From positions 7,068,001 through 7,132,000 of the forward strand of contig JAQFVV010000005.1 of assembly GCA_028023455.1 (NCBI GenBank): DNA of 64,000 nucleotides, in the 5' to 3' direction. Each line of letters begins with the position of its first letter. Positions within the stretch are counted from its first letter, which is position 1. The notes beneath the pieces are model-generated. The model was not told the DNA's origin, did not search any database, and saw nothing but the letters and a program-made list of their open reading frames with translations. The stretch comes from Epiperipatus broadwayi. Lineage: Eukaryota > Animalia > Onychophora. Shown here piece after piece: positions 52,641 to 64,000 of this stretch. Both the position numbers and the translations under genes were made by a program.

Positions 52641-55600
52641 TACATCAGCCATGATCGTGTTTTCTATAGGCATATTAAAAATTTATAGTTGTTTAATCCA
52701 GTTTAAATTTTTTTTTAAAAAACTCATTCATTCTCCTGCTATGTGTTTTGGGTCATCAGTGTGATGTCCTTTACCATTACAAAATGTCTCGAGTTGTATT
52801 TTTCTGAAGCCCCACTTTTGGCACCATTGTAACATTGTTACATTTTGATAAGCTTTCAATTGAGCACTAGAATGCATGCATTAATCAAGCTATGAAGAAG
52901 AAAAGTGTATCTTCATATTTCTAAAAAGCATAGCTATATTTCCTGATTAACTCAGCCTAAGATTACTTAATATTATGACTTGCGCTACCGGCGGAATCAG
53001 TTTTTTATTTATTTTAACAAGAGTGCCAAAATTCTATAAAAATTTGCTGACCCACCACATTGCATTGCATATCGTAAATTAAAAAGAAAATTACTAAAGA
53101 GTTGATATTTTGATTCTTTGCCATTTTAAAGTTTGTTAATGAAATTTTCCCGAGGCTTAAATAATCACCATATGTGCAAAGATAATTGATACATTCATAT
53201 CTTACTACTAAAATAAATAAATTAATAATGTACAGATGAAATTTATATTACAGGCAAAGGTTTTTATTATACAATTAAAATATTTAATGATAAATTATTA
53301 TTAATTAGAAAGGACATGCACATTAATCCAGATAATCACATTACATAATTAACACAATTCATTCCTTTCTGTTCTCTCTTTATAAAAACAATCCATGGAT
53401 CAAAATATCTCATAAATCAGGGAATGTCTTTATTGGAATTATATTATAAACTTATAAATTGCAAATAGTTCATTAGTCACAATCAGGATATAAATAGTTT
53501 AGCTTATGGGCAAGTTTGTGTAGATTCATGGGATCCTAGGCTCATTGAAATTTAATTGGTTTCTCCTTCTGGCATCTTCATATTCCTGATCTGTTCCATA
53601 GTTGGAGCTAGAAGGTCTTTTGTGGTGGTCTCTATTCTGAAAGATGGTGTCCACAATACTTTGTTTCTATCCTTGCATGCCAGCTGCATTCCACAAGTGA
53701 GAAGCATTCCTGTGCATTTTACTACCCCAGGTCATTCTCTGGAAATCATCTCTAAAACTCAAAGACTATACGACACAAACAGAAGACCTGAATCGAAGTT
53801 GTCTTCTTTTTATACCATGATCCAGTTTTGGAGCTTTTGTGCATATTATTGTTATCATGAGAAGTAAGTGCATAATCTTATATATTCACCTTTCTTTTTT
53901 CTAATACAAAGTTCTTTTTACAAATTCTTTCTGCCATCTTTAATTAAGGTTAAAAAGATTTTACTAATTGTAATCTTTACTTTTGGAATTCTTTTTGTTT
54001 ATCTAGATTAGTAATCTGTGTGGCTTTTTTATTCTTTCCAATTTCAACTTTTATTAAATTATATAGATAAATAAGACACAAAAAATTAACTTCCATTGTA
54101 TATTTAAAATTAAAAAAATTACACTAACTAAAAAAAATTAAAATTGCATCTTTTAATAAGATCTCTAAATTTACTTTTTTTAGCTTTTAAATATCTTACC
54201 AAATGCCAATATGTTTGTACCATATGTAAATAAATGGTACAATATGTATATTATGTGTATATGCATTATGAATATTATTGTACACTTGCAATTCAGTAAA
54301 CAATAAGTATTCTAGTCTAATTAAAGTTTATCAACAAATCATTACCCATTCTATGCTATGTACAATGTGATAGAATATAATATATATTATGGCTCCACTG
54401 TATTATCAACATGATTAAGATTTCTATTATTTAAAGCATCTTTTTCGTTGTTTACCTATTTTATAGTATTTGTCATAAAATATATTAAAGGAATATTATC
54501 ACATAAATTTTAACAAATCTGCATTAAATTTTATTCGAAATTTTTCAAAATTTAATGCATAGCATTCTCCATGATGCTTATAGTTTCTAGATGATATATA
54601 AAATCATACAATTCAGAGACATGTAAAGAAGCTATAAGATCATTATTGCACAATTTAATATTTTTAATATCAATAAATTTAAAAGATTTCTGAAATTTAT
54701 CATATGTTCTAGGAATATGTGTAGTTTTTTACAAGTATGAACTTCTAAAATTTAGCATTAATCTGAGATTTCCCTGCTTGTGAAGCTTGATATAAATAAC
54801 CATAGTTGAACATACATAGATAGAAATATATATTATCAAGTATATTATTACTTTTAGGCTGAGTTTTAGCTTTTTTAAAAATATGAATTTAAACACTGAC
54901 TTTCAAAATAGTAATCATCTAACAAATAAAAACCCAGTGTATATATTTGTTTTAATTTTATCATTATATTGATGTCTTTTTAATATAAAATTTATGATTA
55001 ATCTTTTTTATAAAAAAAAAACATTGAAGTGAACATCTCATGAGGCCATAGAAAGAAGTCAGTCATGAAAAGTATAGTTAATATATGGTTATAATTATTT
55101 CTTTAATCTACACCTTTTTGTAAAAAAAGTGCAAAATTAAGCATTGATTGTTAAAATAGGTTTTGCTGCTATGTCTAAATTTTCTAACATTTATAATTTC
55201 TTTCGTATTATATGTTAGTTATGTATGTATATGTGCATGAACATGTACATAAAACATTCAAATTGTATTCATTCAAAAAAAAAATTTTTTTTTAAATTTT
55301 TTAATCAACAACTTCTATTTATATATAAAATAAGAATTTTAAAAAAAATAAAAATAAATTTTAATTACTAGACACAGAGCATATTAATTTTGTCAAATTA
55401 AATTTAACATGCTTATAGAAAAGTCTGAACTAATTATAGGATTAAAGTTAATTTGTTTTTAAAGAGTAATGTATTAAAGAGCATGAAACTAAATGTACTA
55501 TGACAATTGAAAGATAATTTAGTTATTTAAAATTTTTCCAGATAAAATTCCTCTGTAAAGGGTATGTACAATTATAGGAAATGTTAGGATAATTCACAGT

Positions 55601-56402
55601 TAATATATATAGAAAAACAATTACGAAAAAATTTTTATTAATGTTTCTTTGAAAAAGATGTATAATAAAAATACAGCCAAGAAAAATATATATTTTATTC
55701 TGTGTGTACTTAGAGGGTGGTGACAAATGGAAGCCATGCTCATCAAATTATTAACCTGCTTTGAAGTTAGTATTTCACACATCTAACTAAATATTTCTAG
55801 GGTTTCTCCAAGACTGAAAGCAACATCTTCATTAGACTGGTTTTGCAGATGTGAGTTTTCATGTTTATTTGATTAAACTTAATATTACATATATGTATGC
55901 TGAACTAATATATTTTTATTGAATGTTATTAGATAATTGTGTACTTGCGGTAATGTGGCCGCTTGATGTCACAGTTTCTCTGCAAAAACACAGAAATATG
56001 CCATTTACACAGCCCAACTTACAGCCTATAAGACAGTTCTGTTTATATTAACCATTAGCAGGCATAGATGGTGATGCACATTGTGCTTTACATCACTGCA
56101 AATAGCGCACACTTCGTAGATCATTACTGTAGGATGTGAGGGTGTGTGGAATTCAACCGGCCATAAGTGTTTTTATGTACATTCGAATCAAGGATCTTAC
56201 ACCTTACCTGATGTACTATTACATACTAATAATTATACGTCCATTGCCTTATTTTTCTATACATCTTGGACGGTGAGAACAATTGCAAAAGGGTAGGTCA
56301 TTGAAGCATTTCACATAAATCATGCAAAAAGGCACGTTTGCAGGAGAAAAGCTACAAGAGTAATAGAATGGCTGCCATTGTTCGTTGTTTTGGAAATGAT
56401 AA

Positions 56403-56716
56403 TCTTGGTTTGCTCAGACTAGAACGTACTGGCTGACCCTTTGGATTGGCAAAACCATTGACATTCTCCCCACACAAACAGCACTACGCGCTGAAATCTT
56501 GGCTTGCTCAGAACTAGTACATGTATTGGCCATTCCTTTGGATCAGCAAAACCATATCAGAGCTCCCCCTCTGCATATTCCAGCGCTATGCACTGTAAGC
56601 TTGGTTCGCTAGCTTAGTTCACTCAGACTAGTGCATGTATTGGCCAATCCTACGGATCAGACAAATCATCGGACTCACCCCTCTCCCCCATGAACGCCAG
56701 CAATACGCACTGAAAT
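56403..56716 (+). repeat. Three diverged ~95-115-bp tandem repeats
   Basis: Units at 56403, 56497 and 56599 share CTTGG.TTGCTCAGA(A)CTAG..C.TG.A.TGGC...CCT..GGAT..G.AAA.CAT and end in CAGC.CTA.GC.CTG.AA. Confidence 0.75.
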
Positions 56717-58349
56717 GTATAGCGTAATTCAAAAGTGTAATTTATAAAATAATATTTGTTCATAAATTTTTTAAAAATACTTTTAAAAATTGGTGGTGAA
56801 CAGAAAGTAAAAAATTATCGGCCCTGTAACATAACATTTCATTATTTTTGCAAGCAACAACACTATCAAGCAGCCGCATTATGCCAAGTATACAACTACC
56901 TATTATTATTGTACAAGCACATTCAATGGCAGCTTCCCATTCAAATCTAAAAATTTGATTTTTTAGTAAAATGGAAAGAATGACTGCTTAATTATCTGAT
57001 TAGAGCTCTAAAAGTATATTATAAAAAGAAATTCATGAAAAGCTGTGTCACAGCTTACTTCATGATATTTTAAATTTCTGTCAGATCAGTTTTTCAAATC
57101 TTCAAATTGAAAATTAAATGTTCAGTAAGTACATAAGTCATTTGTCAACTGTATATAAAATTTTGGATGAACTTTAATTGATATATATCTAAGTTATTTT
57201 ATGTGATATTGAAAATTCATTTAGAAATATTTTCTCATATACTTATTATTATGTCTATATAGCTGACTATTATTACTAGATAATAAATTGTATTGTTTCC
57301 ATGACTGAATTTATCATATTGTTATTGCATAAATACTAGATGCTTATTCATTGTTTTAGGTATTGTGGATTATTGATTTTGAACTTTATCTAAAGATCTA
57401 GCTTTAGTACGAACCTTATAGAGTTATCATAAACAGGTTGTACTGTTTACATTCATGTTTATGTTATATCCTCAGCTAGCAAATTATTTAAAATTTAATC
57501 TTAAATTAATGAAATAAATCACATTAAGAAAAATAAATTATAATCATAATTAATAATGAATCAAGAATCATGCATTAAAATTTAAGGTATAATGTTTTGA
57601 TAAAGTAGATCTACTCTGAAATTGCAAGGTGTAGGTCATATGTAAGAATACAGTAATATTAAGGGATAGAAGTTCAATGATTCAATTATAGGATGAAGTG
57701 TTTTTTAAAAAAAGGATCAAATACAGTTCATTTTTAGTCCACAATTTAAAACATTTAATCATTGATTTTATAATTATCCCAGAGTATAAAACTAATGAAA
57801 AAAGAAGTGGAATATTTCTACTTTTATCCATGTCATAAGAGAATGTATGTCTTATTTATAAGTATTTATTTTATTTTATTATGAAGTGTGTATTTATGAA
57901 TTAATATTAGTAAGATAAAATCAAAATTTGGAATCTAATGTGCAATTCAAATTGAAGTCAAATGTAAAGAAATATACTGATAGTAATTGTAATTGCTTAG
58001 AATTGATACCTTTGGTAATTTTCATAGTAGAATAATGATTTCAGATATGAACTTATTTGTGCCATTATGTGAGTGTTCTACTTACTCATTATCTTCTTAG
58101 CCTGATGATTACAATATAATTTGATCAAGTTTGAAATAATGTTTAAATTTTGTGATTGCATAGATTGTTTATTATTGATCATATTTATTATATTTAAACT
58201 TATACTCAACAAAATGTGATGTGTTGGACTATTTCCATCATTTATGAGTGAATATTGAATGTATAGAAAAAATTTAAACTATTTGAACTTTCCAAATACA
58301 AACATCTTGTTAGTAATAACACACAAATATGCAATACAGGTTAATAATT

Positions 58350-58394
58350 ACACAACTTTTCGAGTAGTATCATTCTTCACTCTTCTTCAGGTGT
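58350..58394 (-). ncRNA. Hammerhead-like motif in the Penelope pseudo-LTR
   Basis: ACAC-CUGAAGA-A-GAGU/loop/ACUC-GAAA-AGUU-GUGU. The mirror arm (~59967-60013) retains GAAACGUU-GUGU but has a broken CUGA. Confidence 0.55.
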
Positions 58395-58609
58395 TGCTGG
58401 CCTATATGCACAGTGACAATATTCACTTAGAAGTTGAACTCTCACCTTTAGATTCTTGAATATGAAATTTAAGACAAATGCTCTACCAACTAAGCTATTC
58501 TGTCAAAGGCAATATATAGTAGAAATTTGATATATTTATATATGAGGGTTGGTTCAAATCCTCCTGAGTCTTTCAATTTTTTTTATAATGAGGCTAATTA
58601 TTTTTTATT

Positions 58610-59813
58610 TTTTCCTCAGAGCAAGATTAATTAGAGGCTTCCATACATTGTGTATTGCCACACTGGGTTGACTTATAGGATTATTTGCCATTGTCATATG
58701 AGCAGCTTCCTTGAATTTTCATCTATGCATTTTTTCCTCTTTATCCAATATCTTTGTATTTTCCCACTTAAGCATATGGTCATTAGTGCATACATGATCT
58801 GCTATGGTATACACATCTGTTTTTTCTCTTTTAACTATTAGTTTGTGCTCCTTCAATCGCTGTTCAATAGGGCAACAGGTCTCACCAATGTATTTCTGTC
58901 CACATTCACATGATATTTCATAGATGCAGTTTTTTATTCTTCAGCATTTCCAGTTTAGGTTTAGTAGAAGTAAGCATTCCTTGAGGTGTGGTATGGCTTT
59001 GGAAAGCAGTTATAATATATTGACTGCAGATTTTCTTTAACTTGTCTGCCATTTCTGGTATGTATGGATGCACTACCATACCAATAACTGTTTTCTCTTT
59101 TGGTGTCTCTTTATGTTGTCTATTGAAGGTTTTTCTGATGACTGCTGATGGATAACCATTCTTCATAAGCATTTGTTCTAAGTGAATCTTTTCTTTTTCA
59201 AAATCAGTGGTTTCTGAACAAACCTCATTTGCTCTGTTCCATAGTGATAGTACAATTCCTTGTTTCATGCTTCTTGTATGATTGGATGTATTTGCCAGTG
59301 TGTGTTGGTTTTCTGTATACTGTTGTTTTTACTTTGCCCTGAGGGAGTCTTGTCACAAGAACATCCAAGAATGCCAATTTTTGTTCTTGTTCTGATTCCA
59401 TCGTGAAATTTAATTGTAGGAGATATGTTGTTAATGTGTATCCAGAATGACTGTAATTTTACCTCACCATGTGGCCATACCACAAATGTATCATCAACAT
59501 ATCAAAACCATACTTTAGGTGAATATGGAGTAGTATTTATGGCTGTGGTTTCAAGTTCTTCCATGTAAATGTTGCTGAGCAAAGGTGACAGTGATGATCC
59601 CATGGCCATCTCTTGATTTTGTTGGAAGAATTCTGAGTTATATTGAAAGTATGTTGTTGTTACACAGAATGTTAATAATTCCATTATACTATCAATAGGT
59701 AGAGCTGTTCTAGTTTGTAGACTATTATCATCATATAAGCTTTTCCTCACAATAGACAATGCCTCATCACATGGTACATTTATAAACAGACTTTCAACAT
59801 CAAAGCTTACCAA
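58610..59813 (-). pseudogene. Penelope RT + GIY-YIG endonuclease relic
   Basis: VSFDVESLF, MAMGSSLSP, WF*YVDDTFVVWPHG, FLDVLV, YRKPTHT, KNGYP, CIYEISCECGQKYIGET..RLKEH; stops and frameshifts. Confidence 0.92.
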
Positions 59814-59857
59814 CCCTCATATATAAATATTTCAAATTTCTATTATATGTTGCCTTT

Positions 59858-59932
59858 GACAGAATAGCTCAGTTGGTAGGGTGTTTGCCTTAAATTCAAT
59901 ATTCAAGAATCTAAAGGTGCAAGTTCAACTTC
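59858..59932 (+). promoter_or_regulatory. tRNA-like head (A box, degenerate B box) inside the pseudo-LTR; mirror copy at 58430-58504 on the minus strand
   Basis: GACAGAA-TA-GCTC-AGTTGGTA-GAGC (consensus of the two arms) has exact tRNA 5'-half geometry; GTTCAACTTC lies ~55 nt downstream. Confidence 0.6.
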
Positions 59933-61384
59933 TAAATGAATATTGTCATTGTGCATATAGGCCAGCAACAATTGAAAGAAGAGTGGAGAATAATACTACT
60001 TGAAACGTTGTGTAATTACTAACCTGTATTGTCTATTTGTGTGTTATTGCTAACAAGTTGTTTGTATTTGGAAAATTTAAATAAAGTTTAAAATTTTTTC
60101 TATATATTCAACATTTACTCATAAATGATGGAAATAGTCCAACACATCACATCTTATAATATACCATCATTACAAACCTTCAGACATATACTCAACAAAG
60201 ATTTTTGACTATTTCTTTTTGTTTTTAAACTACATATGGTTCAAAATAAATTGGTGGTATCTAAAATGAGTTTAATAATAAATTAATAATTATGATTCAG
60301 AGTATATTTGATTCAACCAATTTGCAAGATAATGATGAAAAAGTTAAGCATTTTTTTAAATATAAATTTAGATGTAATAAATATGATCACAGAATTTAAA
60401 AATTATCTTATAATTGGTCAAAATATATGTTTAAAAGAAGATAAAATTTTAATCTTTTTTTATTTAAAAAAAGATTAATATAATGATAAAATTAAAACAT
60501 AAATTGATAAGGGGACTTTTATTTAGTTGATAATTGTAATATTGAATGCCAGCATATGAAATTTATTGAGAATAAAGAAATCTAAAATTCTGTTGCAACT
60601 ATTAATATATATTAGCATAATCATCTTTCTATGTCTGTATGTTCAACATATGTTTCCTAATATTAAGTTTCACAAGGATGAATATACTCTCAGAATAATA
60701 ATATAATTTGGACATATGTTAGGAGTCCAAAATGAAGACAGATGTTTTCAATCCAAACTCATTCACTTGTAAAATCATATAGATCTAAATACAGTTTAAT
60801 ATTTATATATTTTGGTATATACAAAAATATTTTCAGTGCAAACTTCTATTTGAAATGAATAATCAAATATCAAATCACCCCCCAATGTTAAGCAATTTTC
60901 AGCTATGTCCTCTGTAAAATAAATGTATATATCTGTATTTGGGAGTTTCAAAGATTAAAAAATGACTAATGTTTAGTTTGTCTTTGTATAAGTGTATTAA
61001 ACATGTTTATTTATGAGCCATTTAAATATCATTGCTTATTTAATGTGTTGAATTAGTTTGTGTTTCATTGGTTAATATCTTTGCAGTCTATATTTCAATG
61101 TGGTATTATTATGAGTTGGCTGTTTTGAAATGTGGAATTTAATCATTTATTCTGTAGAGGGTGTATCTGGAAATTACTTAACATTGAGGGTGATTTAATG
61201 TTTGAAATATTTTGGGTGTATCTGATTCTTTGATAATCATAGTCACTATCAACCCATGGGCAGGAATGGTATTAAAATACTAAACATTACATGATACCTT
61301 TCTTGCACATATGATGAAGGCAACTATGATTATCAAATAACTAACATATATAGATGCTAAACTGGATCCAGATCTATATAACTA

Positions 61385-61660
61385 TACAGTCACTAGCTTG
61401 GATTAAAAAATATGTTTTCATTTTGCATATGTAGCTGTATAGGTATGGTTGCATTAGTTTATAAAATGTAGATGCAGTGCTATAAATTTCTAAGACTCTT
61501 CACTGATGAAAGTCACAAACTAGAAACTTGTCTCGGGATATTGGATAAGTAGGCACTAGAAGAAGATTTTATGCACAAACCTTGCATTCATTAATTACTA
61601 TGGCTTGTACTGAATGGCCTATAGTATGGAGTTTTTCACTATTTTAATATGTCAACACAC
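61385..61660 (+). mobile_element. Older copy of the miniature hammerhead element
   Basis: Aligns to 39490-39790. Hammerhead at 61497-61538: UCUUCA-CUGAUGA-A-AGU/cacaa/ACU-A-GAAA-CUUG-UC-UCGGGA. Confidence 0.65.
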
Positions 61661-63866
61661 TACAGACTGGAATTATTTTCATAAAGTTCAATAAATCATG
61701 ACATTATATAAATAGTCATAAATATTAACTTTATAAAATTTTAATAAAACTACTTTACTCTAATAATAAAACATGCACACATCTAACTAATGTAATGATG
61801 TCAAATATAATAAAAATTTCAACATCAAACTATTTGTGTTCAAGACTTGACTTTCCATTTTTTTATTAGCTGTTGTTATGAAAAGTTTATTTAATTAATA
61901 ATGACAAAATAAATAATAATAGTAATAAAATCCTATAAACATAAAGTTCTTTAAAAGTTCATACATTGAAGATCAACTCTCTATGCATTTATCTATTAGA
62001 TTTCCCAACATAAATATATGATTGCAATCCTTAGGTCTTCTAATCTATGGAAATTCTAAGAATGGAACAATAACTTTTTAAAATAAATCATTTGTCAGAT
62101 GTTTATACAATATACTAGATCCAAATTAAATTGTTTTCATCCTTTTAATAATTATGTTTTGTAGTAAAGTCACTAGAGTTATTCAATAGGATTTAACAAA
62201 TTTATCATTTGAAAAGAAAACACGGGAAATCCATTAATTTATGCATTTTATTTATTATGAAGTTTTGCAGGTGTTGTTTAACCATTTACACAATTTAAGA
62301 AGATCATTTATCCAGAGCAAATTCTTAATAAAATTCCTTTCTAATCCTGCTTGTTAAAATAACAGTGATCCAATATAACTTTATGTCCATATAGATTTAA
62401 GGTTAAGCAAACAAATAGGTAATGTATGTGTAAGAGAAACTTAGATAATACCATTTTGATAAAGTTTCTAACAATGTCATAAATAACATCATCATCACTT
62501 TGATAACATAAATAAAGTCATAATTTCACTCAAATTTGTTAAACTCTTATCTTTGTCATCAGAATTACCATTGTATAGATAGATACACATATATTGTCGC
62601 ATGCAAAAAAAAGACCTTGTAAAGAAATTGCAGTACTCCCTGCGATATAATTATTTTAAACTGCAGATAATATTTTAACAAATAGAATAAATAAAAAAAT
62701 ATTAGATTGCAATAAATATTTAGATTATAAATTGTTCAATGAATCATTTTTACCTTGTTTATTTATTTATAATTTTAATAAATATTTTACTTTCAAATTA
62801 AAATAATGACTCCACATTAGAATTTTAAAATGTAAATTAAACAAAGAATAAATCTATGTATACACACACACATTCAAATATTAATTGACTACTATAAACT
62901 ACTATAATATTATTTTTAAAATTAATGTAATTATTGCTTTATTAATCTCACTTTAAATCATTCATTCACATATTTTAAACATTATATGTTTTTATAGTGG
63001 ATTGCTTCCTTTAATTTTAATGTAGTGTAAGAGTTTATATTAAAATTAATGCTACATTATTTTACCATAGTAATCAACATTTGAAATAAAAATTTCAAAA
63101 TTTAGAACATACTTTTTATAAAATATATAACTTCAAATGATATTATCTTTGCAATAAGCCAATAAAAATTATAAATTGTACTTATTATACTTTAAAAGAA
63201 TTACCACATTATTATAATTTATATATACTTCACTGTTTATAGTAACTTTTTATGAATATAAAGCATATATTTAGAATTTGTACTCAACTGATTTTTGTGA
63301 TTTTTATAAATGATTCTTGTAGATTTTATTTTTTTTTATTAAAATTATATGTAAATGCTTAATAAATAAAATTGCAATACAGTTAATAATTTAAACACAG
63401 TCATTAAAAGTCTTAATAAATATTTATTTTAAATAATGCTTAGAAAACTGAAATAATTTAATGCAATGTTTATATATGTATTTTTAATGGTTCTAAAGAT
63501 AGAAGAGTTCATAAGAGTCTCAATTTGAAAAATAAACTGGATTTAATCAAACTTAATGAGCATGACATATTCTGATAAAAGTTACAAATACCTCAACCAG
63601 TTTTTGAAAAAATTAAAAATAGTCAATCCATACCAAAGTTATTAAAAAGCAATAAATTTTATTAATTAATGAGATGAAAAAAATATCAATAAGGCAGAAT
63701 ATCTTTTTTAAGGAACAAATACTGTTTCCTCTAATCCTTTTCAGATCTTCATTAGTCTTCTTTTTTCTAAATAAAGATTGATTTTTGTTTCTACTAAAGA
63801 ATTCCACTCACACAATTTCTATTGTTAATATTTGTCTGAAAGTTTGTGATGATAGTATATTATTAG

Positions 63867-64000
63867 ATGTGATATGTTGGACTATTTCCATCATCTATGA
63901 GTGAATGTGGAATGTATAGAAAATGTTAAACTTTTCAAATATAAACGTGCAAATAGACAACACAGGTTAGTAATTACGTAACTTTTTGAGTAGTGGTAGT
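63867..64000. mobile_element. Third copy of the Penelope pseudo-LTR end (continues past the window)
   Basis: Matches 58214-58370 in the same orientation. Confidence 0.8.

Larger units (their letters stand above)
50677..54245 (+). repeat. Tandem duplication of ~1.4-1.5 kb (50677-52190 and 52826-54245)
   Basis: Long near-identical runs, e.g. 51040-51500 vs 53075-53550; the copies carry different inserts at 50835-50960 and 52977-53022. Confidence 0.9.
58214..60152 (-). mobile_element. 5'-truncated Penelope-like element with inverted pseudo-LTR
   Basis: ~340-bp inverted repeats (58214-58552 and 59810-60152) enclose a minus-strand RT + GIY-YIG ORF relic. Confidence 0.9.

Noticed and set aside
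58700-59520. Selenocysteine recoding of in-frame TGA (as in some Naiad PLEs)
   Set aside because: The TGAs fall at Arg-type rather than Cys positions, the ORF also has frameshifts, and no SECIS was recognised.
59858-59935. Functional tRNA gene
   Set aside because: Only the 5' half is tRNA-like; the anticodon arm, T stem and 3' acceptor strand do not pair, and it lies inside a transposon repeat.
62590-62655. Short imperfect inverted repeat (MITE-like ends)
   Set aside because: Too short and mismatched to exceed chance in AT-rich DNA.
13000-63850. Numerous 60-100 aa ORFs in AT-rich intergenic DNA
   Set aside because: F/I/L/K/Y-rich, motif-free products expected by chance; many use non-ATG starts.

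Overview
AT-rich eukaryotic (animal, probably arthropod-like; inference) genomic DNA with no prokaryotic features. The core is a tandem cluster of long C2H2 zinc-finger genes. Two reading frames are intact (19617-22301, ~27 fingers; 45599-47380, ~17 fingers). A decayed paralog (~14190-16180), a tail-only remnant (~40025-40155) and decayed fingers directly upstream of each intact ORF accompany them. These sit in an old ~25-28 kb segmental duplication (~1130-23440 vs ~29280-48535) whose two copies later gained different insertions. The rest is layered transposon debris: a full-length but frameshifted RTE LINE (9651-12864) that starts exactly at a foldable HDV-like ribozyme, older RTE relics, a duplicated Gypsy relic, a solo LTR carrying a 14-bp minisatellite, a 5'-inverted Penelope element (58214-60152) whose pseudo-LTR has a tRNA-like head followed by a hammerhead motif, and several miniature hammerhead-bearing Penelope-like insertions with long TSDs. 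All alignments and RNA folds were done by eye; boundaries of decayed relics are approximate.
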